A DNA stretch of 64,000 nucleotides from Carcharhinus amblyrhynchos (taxonomy: Eukaryota): the NCBI GenBank assembly GCA_965287045.1, contig OZ336879.1, positions 37,882,001-37,946,000 of the forward strand, given 5' to 3'. This document shows, one piece after another, positions 27,721-38,615 of this stretch (positions within the stretch are counted from its first letter, which is position 1; each line of letters opens with the position of its first letter). The notes under the pieces are model-generated. The model saw only the letters and a list, made by a program, of their open reading frames with translations. It searched no databases and was not told where the DNA came from. A program made the position numbers and the translations under genes.

Positions 27721-28436
27721 AAGGGAGTGAAAACGGACTGTTTTCCACTTTAGGATTGTGCATTCAACCAGTTTGTGTTCATCTCCGCCCCACATTTTTG
27801 TTGATGATCTCTTAGAAGACCTACAATGGTGATCCAACAGCAGACCCAGTTCTCTGTTTTTCTTAGCTTTGTTGATGGAGTATTTAAAATGAAGAATCTG
27901 GCAGGACTATGATAGGGAATGTGGCAAGTGTAACAAATAGTTAATATTTCAAACACTGCTGAACGGGAAGCACACAAACACACACACACCCCAAATATTT
28001 GATCTGCTGAACATCATGATCGAATATATGAGGACAACAAAGCAGAAAATAAAGGCATCCATCAAGGGATGATTGTCTTGTGCAGAAAGTTCTCCAATGT
28101 AAAGTAAAAGCTGTTTCATCTGGTGAAGAACCGTTGGAATTTGGGAACATAGTCTACACTTGAAGGGGGACTAGGATGAGGTACACTCTCCCAAATGAGA
28201 GTGATTAACCCCTCCCTGCTTTGTCTTGCCCAAAGCCCAACCTATGGAGGAACTGAGAGCTATTGCTAATGGCAGCTCTCTCTCAAAAATGTAGCTAAGG
28301 CCCAAGGATAAATTGTTGCTACGCGTCAGGCCTCTCAGTTCAGGCTTGTGCAATATTGAGTCTCAGCCCCAAAATGGAAGACACTATTTCCTACACAAAA
28401 GAACATACATAAAATAATATTATGCTTGGTGTTAAC

Positions 28437-28628
28437 TGAGGGTTCACAAGTTCGTAGGTAAGAAAACGATTTATCATTCGGACCTAATGAAAAGGTTGCC
28501 TTGATACAATTTGACATTTCTGTCTGGTTGACACCTGTGATATCTCCTGCTGAAATTAGGAGTGAGAAGGTGGTATAGGTGGTGATTGCCGCAGTCATTT
28601 CCATGGCCACTAGCAGGAATGATTGCAA
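28437..28628 (-). pseudogene. PKD1-like exon remnant: TM4-TM5
   Basis: Open frame LQSFLLVAMEMTAAITTYTTFSLLISAGD...KSFSYLRTCEPS, ending in the conserved (E/Q)P motif before a phase-0 GT; an alternative acceptor lies at 28662. Confidence 0.5.
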
Positions 28629-30394
28629 CTGAAGAATCTTCCTTTAAATCAGTCTGCAGTACCTGTCAAAGATGGATAATGAGTTCTTACTGACATGACC
28701 ACACTGCAAATATACAGCCAAAGTGCTGAAACAAGGGGCAGAGTTTTAACCTGGACAGACATGAGTTATGATGTGAGTTGGGGGGTTTAAAACCAGCAAA
28801 AATCCAGATTTTACTAAATTGCATTATGTTGGTTATGCATAACTACTCAGGAGAGCCAAGTCGATAATCACTCAGTTAGATCTAAATTTCAGTACACTTT
28901 TATGTTTCAAAGCACATCCACAGGTTTCTCAGGTTTCCTGGAATTCGTTATTGAAAGCAAATACAATGACAATTGAGAAAGCTGCTAGAACTCACGGAAA
29001 CACTGCAATAAATATTCAAAACTCTCAGCTGCTTTCTTCACTTCACAAGGGAATAGTGCTTGTGTTGACAGTTTACATTCTATATTACAAAGATTTTCTG
29101 AATCACCTAAGTGTCTTGCTTGCCTTATGTTGGAACTTGGCCTCAGAGCAATATGACAACTTTCAACAACAGCATTAAAATGCTCCTGACAGATACACTG
29201 GGGGGGGAATTTTCCAGTCCCGCCTGCCACAATAATTGCAGTGGGCAGACCATTCAAATGTTCATTGACCTCGGGTGGAATTTTCTGGTTTTGGGTGACC
29301 ACAGCCACCGAATTTCCTATATTCATGTATGATACCTCCCTTCCCAACCCTGTCAACCCTTTCAATTCCAAATGCATCTCCAAATTTACCAGAATGATAG
29401 GGAGTAGGGTAGCTTGATCTTGGGTTTGGACATTGCTTGGTACAACATTGAGGGCCGAAGGGACTGTACTGTGCTGTACTGTTCTGTGTTCTAAGTTATT
29501 ATTGAGGCCAATATGTTTTAGTGAGCAAAAGCTCAATCTATGAAACAAATTCACGAAGGAGATCGTGCAAACCATTGGTGCTGATCCATTTAAGTGTCAA
29601 TTAGATAGGTTTCTTTCACAGTTTGAGGGAGCATGAGTTGTTTGAAACTTGACAAGTGTAGCATGAAGAAAAAGTGACTTCAGACCCATGGTTCCCAAAG
29701 CTTTCAACTGTTTGGGTTTCTCTCAACCTATGTTTGGATCTTTTGCAAACTAATTGGTAGAGATTAATTACTATGATCAGCCAACAATTCCATTATCATT
29801 GCAACTACCAAAATGATAGAAAATATACTAAATGGTTTTTGGTCTATTCTCATCTATCAATTTAAATGTTCCTGTTTGGTTTAACACCAGCCATGGAAGT
29901 AGTATATATCATTAATTGTGCATGAATTAACATAAAAATGGATAAACACTTGCCCACCACATGGATTAAATTTGACCAGAATGACAACAAGGAAAACTGA
30001 CACATCGAATGCAATTTACTGTGGGTAAGAAAGTACAGTTTTACCTCTGGTTCTGTTAGGAATAATGGCAATTTTGCTCAAACAGTTCTTCCCTTCTGTC
30101 AGTCAAAAGGGAATTTGTTTTAATAGATATCTCTGATTATTTCATGTAGCGTGGTAACCATTTGTTTCCATTGCAGTGAGATTTGAAAACCAAAGGGATC
30201 CATGGACAGTAGATCAGTCATCTTGAGTGGCAGTGTGCCAGGTCAGTTCCAAGTTGACCTTATTTCAACTGAAAGGAAGCCAAAATGAAAATGAAAATGT
30301 GGACAAACAGATGACAAATTCATAAAATTTCCTGCACTCATTGGCTTTTCCCATATACATGATTCCCATTTATTATTTCACTATTACAATCTTA

Positions 30395-30815
30395 CTGTCT
30401 CACCTCGTCAGAAAGTCATAAGTTTAAGCCCAATCTAGAGACCTGAATACGTAATCAAGGCTGACAATTCATGTGCAAGGCTAAGTGAGTATTACAGTGT
30501 TGGATGTACCATCTTTTGAATGAGATGTTAAACCAAACAGCTAGTCTGTTCTTTCAAGTGAGTGTAAGTGGTCTCATGGTAGTATTTGGAGAAAAGCAGG
30601 AGAAATTCCCCAGTGTCCTGGCCAATATTTACCCCTCAACCAACATCACTAAAGAAAGCAGATCATTTGGCCATTACCTCCTTATGGTTTAAGGGAAATT
30701 GGTTTCTGCTTTTTTTAGATTACAACAATGATTATACTTCCAAAACAATTCTTCATTGTTTGCAAAGAGCTTTACAACATTCAGAGGTTATGAAAAGAGC
30801 TATATTAAGGCAAAT
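30395..30815 (+). mobile_element. Deu-domain SINE (SacSINE1/AmnSINE-like), near full length
   Basis: catcttttgaatgagatgttaaacc...gtgtcctggccaatatttacccctcaaccaacatcactaaa...gaggttatgaaaagagctatat. Confidence 0.8.
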
Positions 30816-33104
30816 TCTTCTTTTCTTTCCCTCTGAACTTGATAACAGACCTTATAACTATCAGAAAAGGGTTGATGGGTTTTTGATAAGCGAGGGGATT
30901 AAGGGTTATGGGGAGAGGGCGGGAATGTGGAACTGAGCCACGACAGATCAGCCATGATCTTATTGAATGGCAGGGCAGGCTTGAAGGGCTGGATGGCCTA
31001 CTCCTGCTCCTATTTCTTATGTTCTTATGTTCTAGAAGCCCGATTTTTGTTATTGTGGATGAATATAGAACAATGCTATGGATTTAAGTAGACTCTCATC
31101 AGTACTGGTTATTTTTCAACAAATTCTCCCAAACTGTGTCATTTTTTCTGCATTTTAAACAAAAACTTCAACCAGAGCAGTCATTGGATATTGATAAAAT
31201 TAAATGTTGCCTGCGTGCATTTGAAAGTGGAAGCCATATTTACAGGCAATGTGAAAAGAGAAATAGGGCACACTGTGTGGAATTTTAGGACATTCTGGAG
31301 CTGAGGCACTGACGAAAGATGAAATAGTTGACTATATTGAAAAATTGACCTGTGCCAGTTCCAGTGAATTCTGACGGGCTCAGGGGTTCAAATGGCTCAT
31401 TAATAGGCCCAATGGGAGAGTTCAAGGAGAATAAGGAGAGATAATGATAATGGCTGGGATTTTGTTCCTGCGAAGGGGATCCTGTCTCCACCAACTACTC
31501 CCCCCCATTCTCCACACTCCCATCTCGGATGAAGAATTACTGTGAGCCTTGCGTCACCTCTATGGAACATGCCTAACATGACTGATTGCACTTAATTGGT
31601 CAGCTTTGGGCCTTCCACAGGATTTAGGACACCAGAGGCAAAAATTACAACCCTCCTAAGAAGTGGCAGCCAGTCAGAGGCTGGCAGTCTTCCATTGCCC
31701 ATAGCATCAGTGGGAGCAGTGGCTGTTTCTGATAATGCTCCAAGGACCAGCCTGAAGATCAGTACTGAATCCCAGGACAGAGGTGAGTGGGGTGGTGTGG
31801 GGGCTACAAGAGGTCACTGGAGAGCGGGGGTCAGGAGAGGTCAGAAGCAATGAGGATGCAATAGCTGTCAATGGCCTCCTCCTTGCCAATGTAGGGTCCC
31901 TCAATTGGGCACTGAGTACCTGACAATGGAGGGGATTCCCTTACACAGGAAAAGAATATCTGTGTAAGTGCCATTAAATCCCTGAGCCACCATTAAATTC
32001 TGGTGCGCTCAGGGATAATTGCTGTTAAGTGGCTCATTAATGAATGTAATTGATACTCCAATGCTAGCTGACAGGATTCCCTCATTTGGCCCTTCCCACC
32101 CCCAGCATCTGGTGTGGGTATTGCTGCTTGATTCCCCCAGCCCCACAACATCAAGCCCAGTCCGGTGGGCTCCAGTAAATGCCATTCATTGTTCTGGTGT
32201 TATGATCAGAAGAGACATAATTGGTGACAATGAATATGAAATAATATTTCTTTATACAGATGATTAAAACCCACATAGTTTGCAGGAAGCGTGGCAGAAG
32301 GAAGAGAGGTTAAACTTACTTAAAAATATTGATAGAGGTCATAATTAGATGATTGTAATGTTTTGGAAGATAACATCAAATTGATTAAAAGGTCTTGTTT
32401 ACTCAAACGGGCTTGATCTTTGAATGTTCATTTTCCGAAGATAATACTGTGGTGTCGTCCTACAACACATATTTTACAACAGTGATGAGGAACCTAGACT
32501 AGTGAGTGAGCTGTATAATTGGCTCTCCTTCATCTCAGTAGGCCACAAGATTGAAATTGGGCTTGTTCACTAACTATGATCCCATGAATATGATTAATTA
32601 AATTTAATGCATACAGAATATTTCATAATAATTTATATATTAATAGAACTATTAACTTTAAAGGTAAAACCCAAAGAAATATTTACACTTTGGATGCAGA
32701 GGAAGCGCACACCACTCAAGGTCAATGTTGTGTGCAATCAGCATGCACCTCATTTCACTTGCCTTTGCTTTACACTTGTATCACTTCAATCATACCATTA
32801 GGTTAAAGAAAACAGTCAGAAATCAGCAGAATGTGGCAATCCTGCACGTGGGCAATGGTCAACAAAACGTCTCATGGGCTGCACTCAGAACCTGATGGGC
32901 CACATGTGCACCTGGGCCACAGGTTGTCCACTACTGTTTTATCATAATCCTGGAGGAAATAAGCCAAGATAAAGTATGATAAGACAGCACAGAGAGCCCT
33001 ATTGTGTGAAACAAGAGACTTAACAAAATCTAACCTTCAACAACTAACAATAGTGTGTGAGATATGACTGGGAAATCATTATAGGGAATTCAACAGTGCA
33101 ACAT

Positions 33105-33286
33105 CTAGATATTGAGCAGTTCAAGTAGATTGGTGTTACAAGAGATTTTTTTTGTTTGGTGAAATGAAGGGCAAGTGGATATAGAAATGACACAGAATGA
33201 AATGAGGGAAGATGATGTTGAATAGCAATGGATAATATTGATCAATACATATTGAAAGTCAAGTGGAAAATCTTTACATTCAGGAA
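33105..33286 (-). pseudogene. PKD1-like exon remnant: TM3
   Basis: Very long polypyrimidine acceptor (ttttcattttcatcattttgcattcag); PECKDFPLDFQYVLINII, then frameshifted LLFNIIFPHFILCHFY (family motif LIMFPINLLI). The 3' boundary is uncertain. Confidence 0.45.
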
Positions 33287-33605
33287 CTGAATGCAAAATG
33301 ATGAAAATGAAAACAAAATTAAACAATTTGAATACCTAGGATCTTTCACCATCTCAGAACATCCCATATCCTTCAAAGCCAATGAGCTGCATTTGCAGCA
33401 TGGTCACTCTTGGAATATAGGACAACATGGCAGTCAAATTTCACACTGCAACGCTCCACAGAAGTAATAGTTAGTAACCAGAATTTTTGGGAGAAAGATG
33501 AAAACATTTATCCAGTGGGTGCTGCATCACTTATACACGTGTTGAAAAGTCTGGTTTCAGCCAATACCTTTGGGAGCTAATTCTAATTTATTTGTCCCTA
33601 GTGGT

Positions 33606-33810
33606 GCCTTTTGGCTAATTTTGGCTAAGATTAAGCATCAAATCAAGCCCAAGATGTTGTGCAATGTTTCACTTGTCAGCTTGGATCTTGTTTGTCTCCC
33701 TTGTGGGAGCCTTGAATTGGATTCAACTGGACTTTGAATTTGAATTTTGGAGCAAGCAAGGAATGATTTGTGTTTGCCCAGTCCACTCTGAGCATTGGCT
33801 TTGTAACTTT
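33606..33810 (+). ncRNA. Divergent U2 snRNA-derived sequence (pseudogene or U2-derived repeat)
   Basis: GCCTTTTGGCTAA(ttttggctaa)GATTAAG matches the U2 5' stem; Sm-like site AATTTTGGAGCA at 33743; TTGCCCAGTCCACTCTGAGCATTGGC resembles U2 stem III/IV; the branch-site recognition GTAGTA is absent. Confidence 0.7.
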
Positions 33811-35219
33811 AAGAATGGAGAGGTACTAACAATGATATGTGTATGTTTAATACTCAAGTGCTGATCAAGAGCAATTTTTGTTAAGTATTATATGTAGCCC
33901 CCACACTCACACTTCCACTACACTGTGAATGTACAGGATGATAGTCAACAGCATGTATCAGAATGGCCCAGGAATCGGGGGAGAGGAGTCATAGGTTCAC
34001 ATAGATGGCACTTGAGGTCCTGGTGGAAAAGATAGAGAGGAAGAGGTAGCTCTTATACTTGCAGAAGAAAAAGAAATCACAGAGTCGAACAATCACAGAG
34101 GCAGCTAATGTGACATATATGGGAGGTTTGAATCATGAGGAGTTTACAGCCAGGAACACTGCACCCAGGAAATTATTCCAGTGCTACAAAAAATATGATT
34201 TGACAAAAATGGTCAATTTAAGATCCCGTTTCACAAATACACTTCTTAATCACTACATCATTAGTATCACAACCTCCAAGCATTGCACAGGTATCTAACT
34301 GTACACTGACATTTACACAATCCACCATATTGTACTTTCCAAAAGCACTGCTTACACACCAGCACTACAACCACATGAGGCATCGCACACATATAACCAC
34401 ACCTCATGCACTCATTCACAATCACCATTTTTTTCTTTTCTAGCACGTAATAGGTAGTTTTGGGACCTGCATGGAGGAGGTAAGCACGCTATAGCCTTTT
34501 GCTTCACTTCGTGTGCACATGATCCAGCAAGGTCATCTTTTGTTGTTGGTATAGACTTCATCCCGTATTAGACTAATACCTGGAATGGGTGGGTTGTCTT
34601 AAGTGAAAAAGTTGGAAGGGCTAGACTTGCATCTGCTGGAGTTTGGAAAAGAAAGAGGTGACTTGATTGAAATATGTAAGATCCTGAACTGTCTTGACAG
34701 GGTTTTCTTGTGGGAGAATCTAGAACTAGGGGTCACTGTTAAAAAGTAAGGGATACTCTCCTTTCACCCCTCTTCTCTTCTTTCCCCTTTTCCAAGTTCA
34801 CTCCTTTCCCTCTCCTCTATGCACACTACTCCTTTCCTTCCTTCCTACTCCTCTCTGCAAATTCCAATCAGCTTCCTCTTAATTCCCTGCCTCCAATCAA
34901 TAATCCACTTCCTCTATAAATTTTATCTTAACCTAGTGGGCAAGATTGGCTGGTGGTTATGAAAGAATAGCACACTATTTAATAAAGTGGGTGAAGAAAA
35001 GGATCAAAATGCAATATTTGCCCAAACAATTACAATTTTGACAGCACCTGTCAATGCATTTGACATGTTGGGCTGCTCATTGAATATAAATACAGGGATG
35101 TGTTATTAACGTTCAAGTATTGGTCAGATCACATATAGGATATTGTAGTTAAAGTATAACCAATGGGAATTACTTAGGGGCTGATCTCTGAAGAGGGACT
35201 AAGGAAGCTAAATCAATTT

Positions 35220-35465
35220 TCCTCCGGGTGCTCTGGTTTTCTCCCACAGTCCAAAGATGTTTAGGTTAGGTGGATTCACCATGGTAAATTGCCCCTTAGT
35301 GTCCTAAGTATGTAGATTAGCAGGGTAAATATGGGGAGGGGGAGTTATGCAAATAGGGTGGGGGTGAGGGCCTCAGTCAAATATTCTGTCAGAGAGTCAG
35401 TGCAATTTGATGGACTGAATGGCCTCCTTCTGTACTGTAGGGATTCTATAATTCTATGATTCTCA
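35220..35465 (+). mobile_element. HE1-type SINE, 5'-truncated
   Basis: cctccgggtgctctggttttctcccacagtccaaagatg...ctgtagggattctat. Confidence 0.8.
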
Positions 35466-35752
35466 ACATTGTCTCTTGCCTGAGGTTTGGTGATTCTCAG
35501 GTTAAATCGCACTAGTCAGATATCCCTCTCAAAGGAGAGAGCAGCCTGTGGTCATCTGGGACTATGGTGACTTTATCTTTATCAATGAGATGAAAAAAGT
35601 TTTAAAGTGGTTTGATTTTTTAAATAAGAAATCAGTAAGATGGATGCAATGTGTAAAATCAAGGCACAACCAAAAGTTGTGCATATTGTCTGCATAAGCT
35701 GAAGTGTATCTATGAAGCGGAAGGAATGATTTCAACATATTTAAGAACTTAC

Positions 35753-35949
35753 ATAGAGCCCCATCTGATGTAGTAAATACTCAGCCTGTTGACATACATG
35801 ATATGAATTAGATGAATTCATGATTCCGCTAAGAGTAAGCGGATATGACTTAAGGCAGAGAAAGGAAATTAAAAAGAAAAGCACGGCCAAAACCGATCCA
35901 GAGATAAGTCCTGGATGAAAGGATAAGTGGGATTGACTTCTTCTTGCAC
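35753..35949 (-). pseudogene. PKD1-like exon remnant: post-PLAT / TM2
   Basis: ctcacag acceptor, gtaagt donor; VQEEVNPTYPFIQDLSLDRFWPCFSF*FPFSALSHIRLLLAES*IHLIHIMYVNRLSIY matches the D.HIW.S...P.S.FTR..R...LL..M..NIMF pattern. Confidence 0.6.
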
Positions 35950-36134
35950 CTGTGAGGCTAAATGTAATTATAGACAATCCAATGAATTAAAGAGAGAATA
36001 TCAAGATTACCAGCGCCAACCAGGGAAAAGAGTTTATTGATTATCTCATTGGGAGGTAAAAGAAAAATATCTTTTTAGATATTCAGTGTGCCTTTAAGGT
36101 GGTATTTTGTTACTGAAAAATAGAAAGTTTAAAT

Positions 36135-36405
36135 GTTTATTTATTAGTGTCACAAGTAGGCTTACATTAATACTGCAATGAAGTTACGGTGAAAATCCCC
36201 TAGTCACCACACTCCAGCACCTGTTCAGGTACACTGAGGGAAAATTTTGCGTGCTAACGCACCTAACCAGCACGTCTTTCAGACTGCGGGAGAAACCCAT
36301 ATAGACGTAGGGAGAACATGCAGACTCCACACAGACAGTGACCCAAGCTGGGAATTGAATCCAGGTCCCTGGCGCTGCAAGGCAGCAGTGCTAACCATTG
36401 TGCCA
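36135..36405 (-). mobile_element. HE1-related SINE with alternative 3' tail
   Basis: tRNA-like head plus tail agtattaatgtaagcctacttgtgacactaataaat. Confidence 0.8.
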
Positions 36406-36409
36406 CTAA

Positions 36410-38615
36410 GCTGCAAAGTAGCCATTTGGTCTTTTGAGCCTACTCCACCACTCGGAACGATCATGGCTGATTCTGTATCTCAATACCATATTCCCACATC
36501 CTCCCAATACTCCTTGCTGTTATGCATGTTGGCCCTTTAAGAGAATGGGTCAGGTGATCCAGGACTCAAGCTCCACCCTGGTTCAAGCTTGCCTAGCCTA
36601 TCTTGCGCTTAGTGTGCTAGAGAATAGATATGTTAATAAACAGCCAGTTCACTACCATTTACCTCACGGTCTTATATTAATCTTTATATCAGACATCATA
36701 CATAATACTTGCCACCTTTATAGTCTAGAAGTCTCTTTCCTTCTTAATTATATTCAGTAATTTGGCCTCCAAAGCTTTCTTTGGTAGAGAATTTCATAGG
36801 TTTACCACCCTCTGAGTGAAGATGTTTCTCCTCATCCCAGTCCTAAATGATCTATTCCATATACTGAGACTGTAGTCCACCACAGCCAGAGTAAGCAACA
36901 TCCCTGCATGCAGTTTGTCCATTCCTGTCAAGAATTTCATAAGTTTCAATCAGATCCCCTCTCAGTATTACAAATTCCAGTGAATACAGGTCCAGTCGAT
37001 CCAATTTGTCCTTATACCACAATCCTATCCTTCCATGAATCAGCCTGGTGAACTTTTGCTATACTCCATCTATGGCAACTATATCTTTCCTGAGATAAAG
37101 AGACCAAAATTGCACACAATACTCCAAGCATGATCTCGCCAACAACCTTCACAGCTGCAGTAAGACATCTTTGCTCTTTTCCTCAAGTCCTCTTGTAAAT
37201 AAAGGCCAATGTGCCATTTTCCTTCCTAACTGCTTGCTGTACCTACACACTTGCTTTCAGTGACGGTGTATGAGGACAACCTGATACCTTTATTTGTCAC
37301 GTTTCCCAATCTATCAGTATTTAATAAATACTCTGCTGTTCTGTTTCTCTGTCCAAAGTCAATAAATTTTACATTTATCCCTGATACACTGCATCTACCT
37401 TGTATTTGCTTGTTCACTTGCCTAAATCACTTTGAAGCCTCTTAACATCATCAATTATATCTCCAGCAAGTTTCATGTTCTCAGCAACAAAGGATGTGAA
37501 TGCACTGGAAAAAATGCAAAAGAGTGGTTTTAGAGATGAGAAATTCCATTGATGAGGATAGATTGGGAGGTTGTTTGGTGATTATCCCTTAAAAGATCAA
37601 TCTGCAGTGTAAGGGTCATATGACCTGGGGAACCAATCAGAGAGCAAGGTAGGGAATCATCCTGGTTAGCTCAGGTTTCTGTACTCAGAGTTACTTTAGG
37701 AGTTGACTGAAGCCAAAAGGGTGGAAGTCTTTGTTTAGATTTAGCGTGTATATAGATGAGTTTTGTTTTCCCTCAACTGATGAATGAGCATCTTTACAGG
37801 TTGGGACTCCTCCTTGGAGAGAGGAAGGAGAGAAGATTTGATAGAGATGTTTAAAATCATGAGGGGGCTGAACAGAGTAGATAGGTAGAAACTGTTCCAC
37901 TTATAAGAGGATCAAAAACAAGAAAGCAGAGATTGAAAGTGATTGGCAAAAAAGAGCAAATGTGATGTGAGAGAAACTTTTTTACACAACAATTGTTTAG
38001 GGTGTGGAATGCACTGCCTAGAAGTGTGGTGGAGGTAGGTTCAATCAAAATGTTCAGGAGGGCATTTGATGATTACTTAAATAGTCACAATGTGCAGAAA
38101 CATAGGGAAAGGTCATGATGGTCATTTGGAGAGTCAGTGCAGATATGATGGGTCGACTGGTCTCCTTCTGCGCTATGCCAGTTCTGTGAACTTGGAAATA
38201 TTAAATTTGGTTCCCTCATCCAAATTACGTATATTGTGATTAGCTGAGGCCAATGCACAGATCTCTGTGGAGCCCCATGAGTCACTATGAAAAAAGCCCA
38301 ATTATTCCTATTCTCTATTTACTGTCCTGTCCTGTCCAGCCCCATTATTCACCCAGTCTAATTTGTGCTGTAAAAATCTTACCAGTTCCACTGAATAGTT
38401 TGGAATCGGGCATGCTTGGGGCTGTGAGACTGCAAATCAGATTATAAATTTAGGTTCCACACGCACTCAGGGATTGGCCATGCACTTCGCCTCTTCCCCT
38501 ATTTTGTTAGCTTCATAGTATCCAAGATACTCTGTATTGTGTGCACTTTAATGTTGCACACTAACCTTTTAGGTGGGACTTTACCCAAAGCTTTCTGAAA
38601 ATCCAAATACACTAT
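36410..38615. mobile_element. Patchwork of CR1 fragments (minus 36410-37490, plus 37490-38090, minus 38185-38615) with an LTR-like insert at ~37575-37800
   Basis: CR1 3' ORF2 motifs in both orientations. Confidence 0.7.

Noticed and set aside
28985-29575. Longest ORF in the track (196 aa)
   Set aside because: It runs across a MITE and a CR1/SINE tail and has no recognisable domain; a chance ORF.
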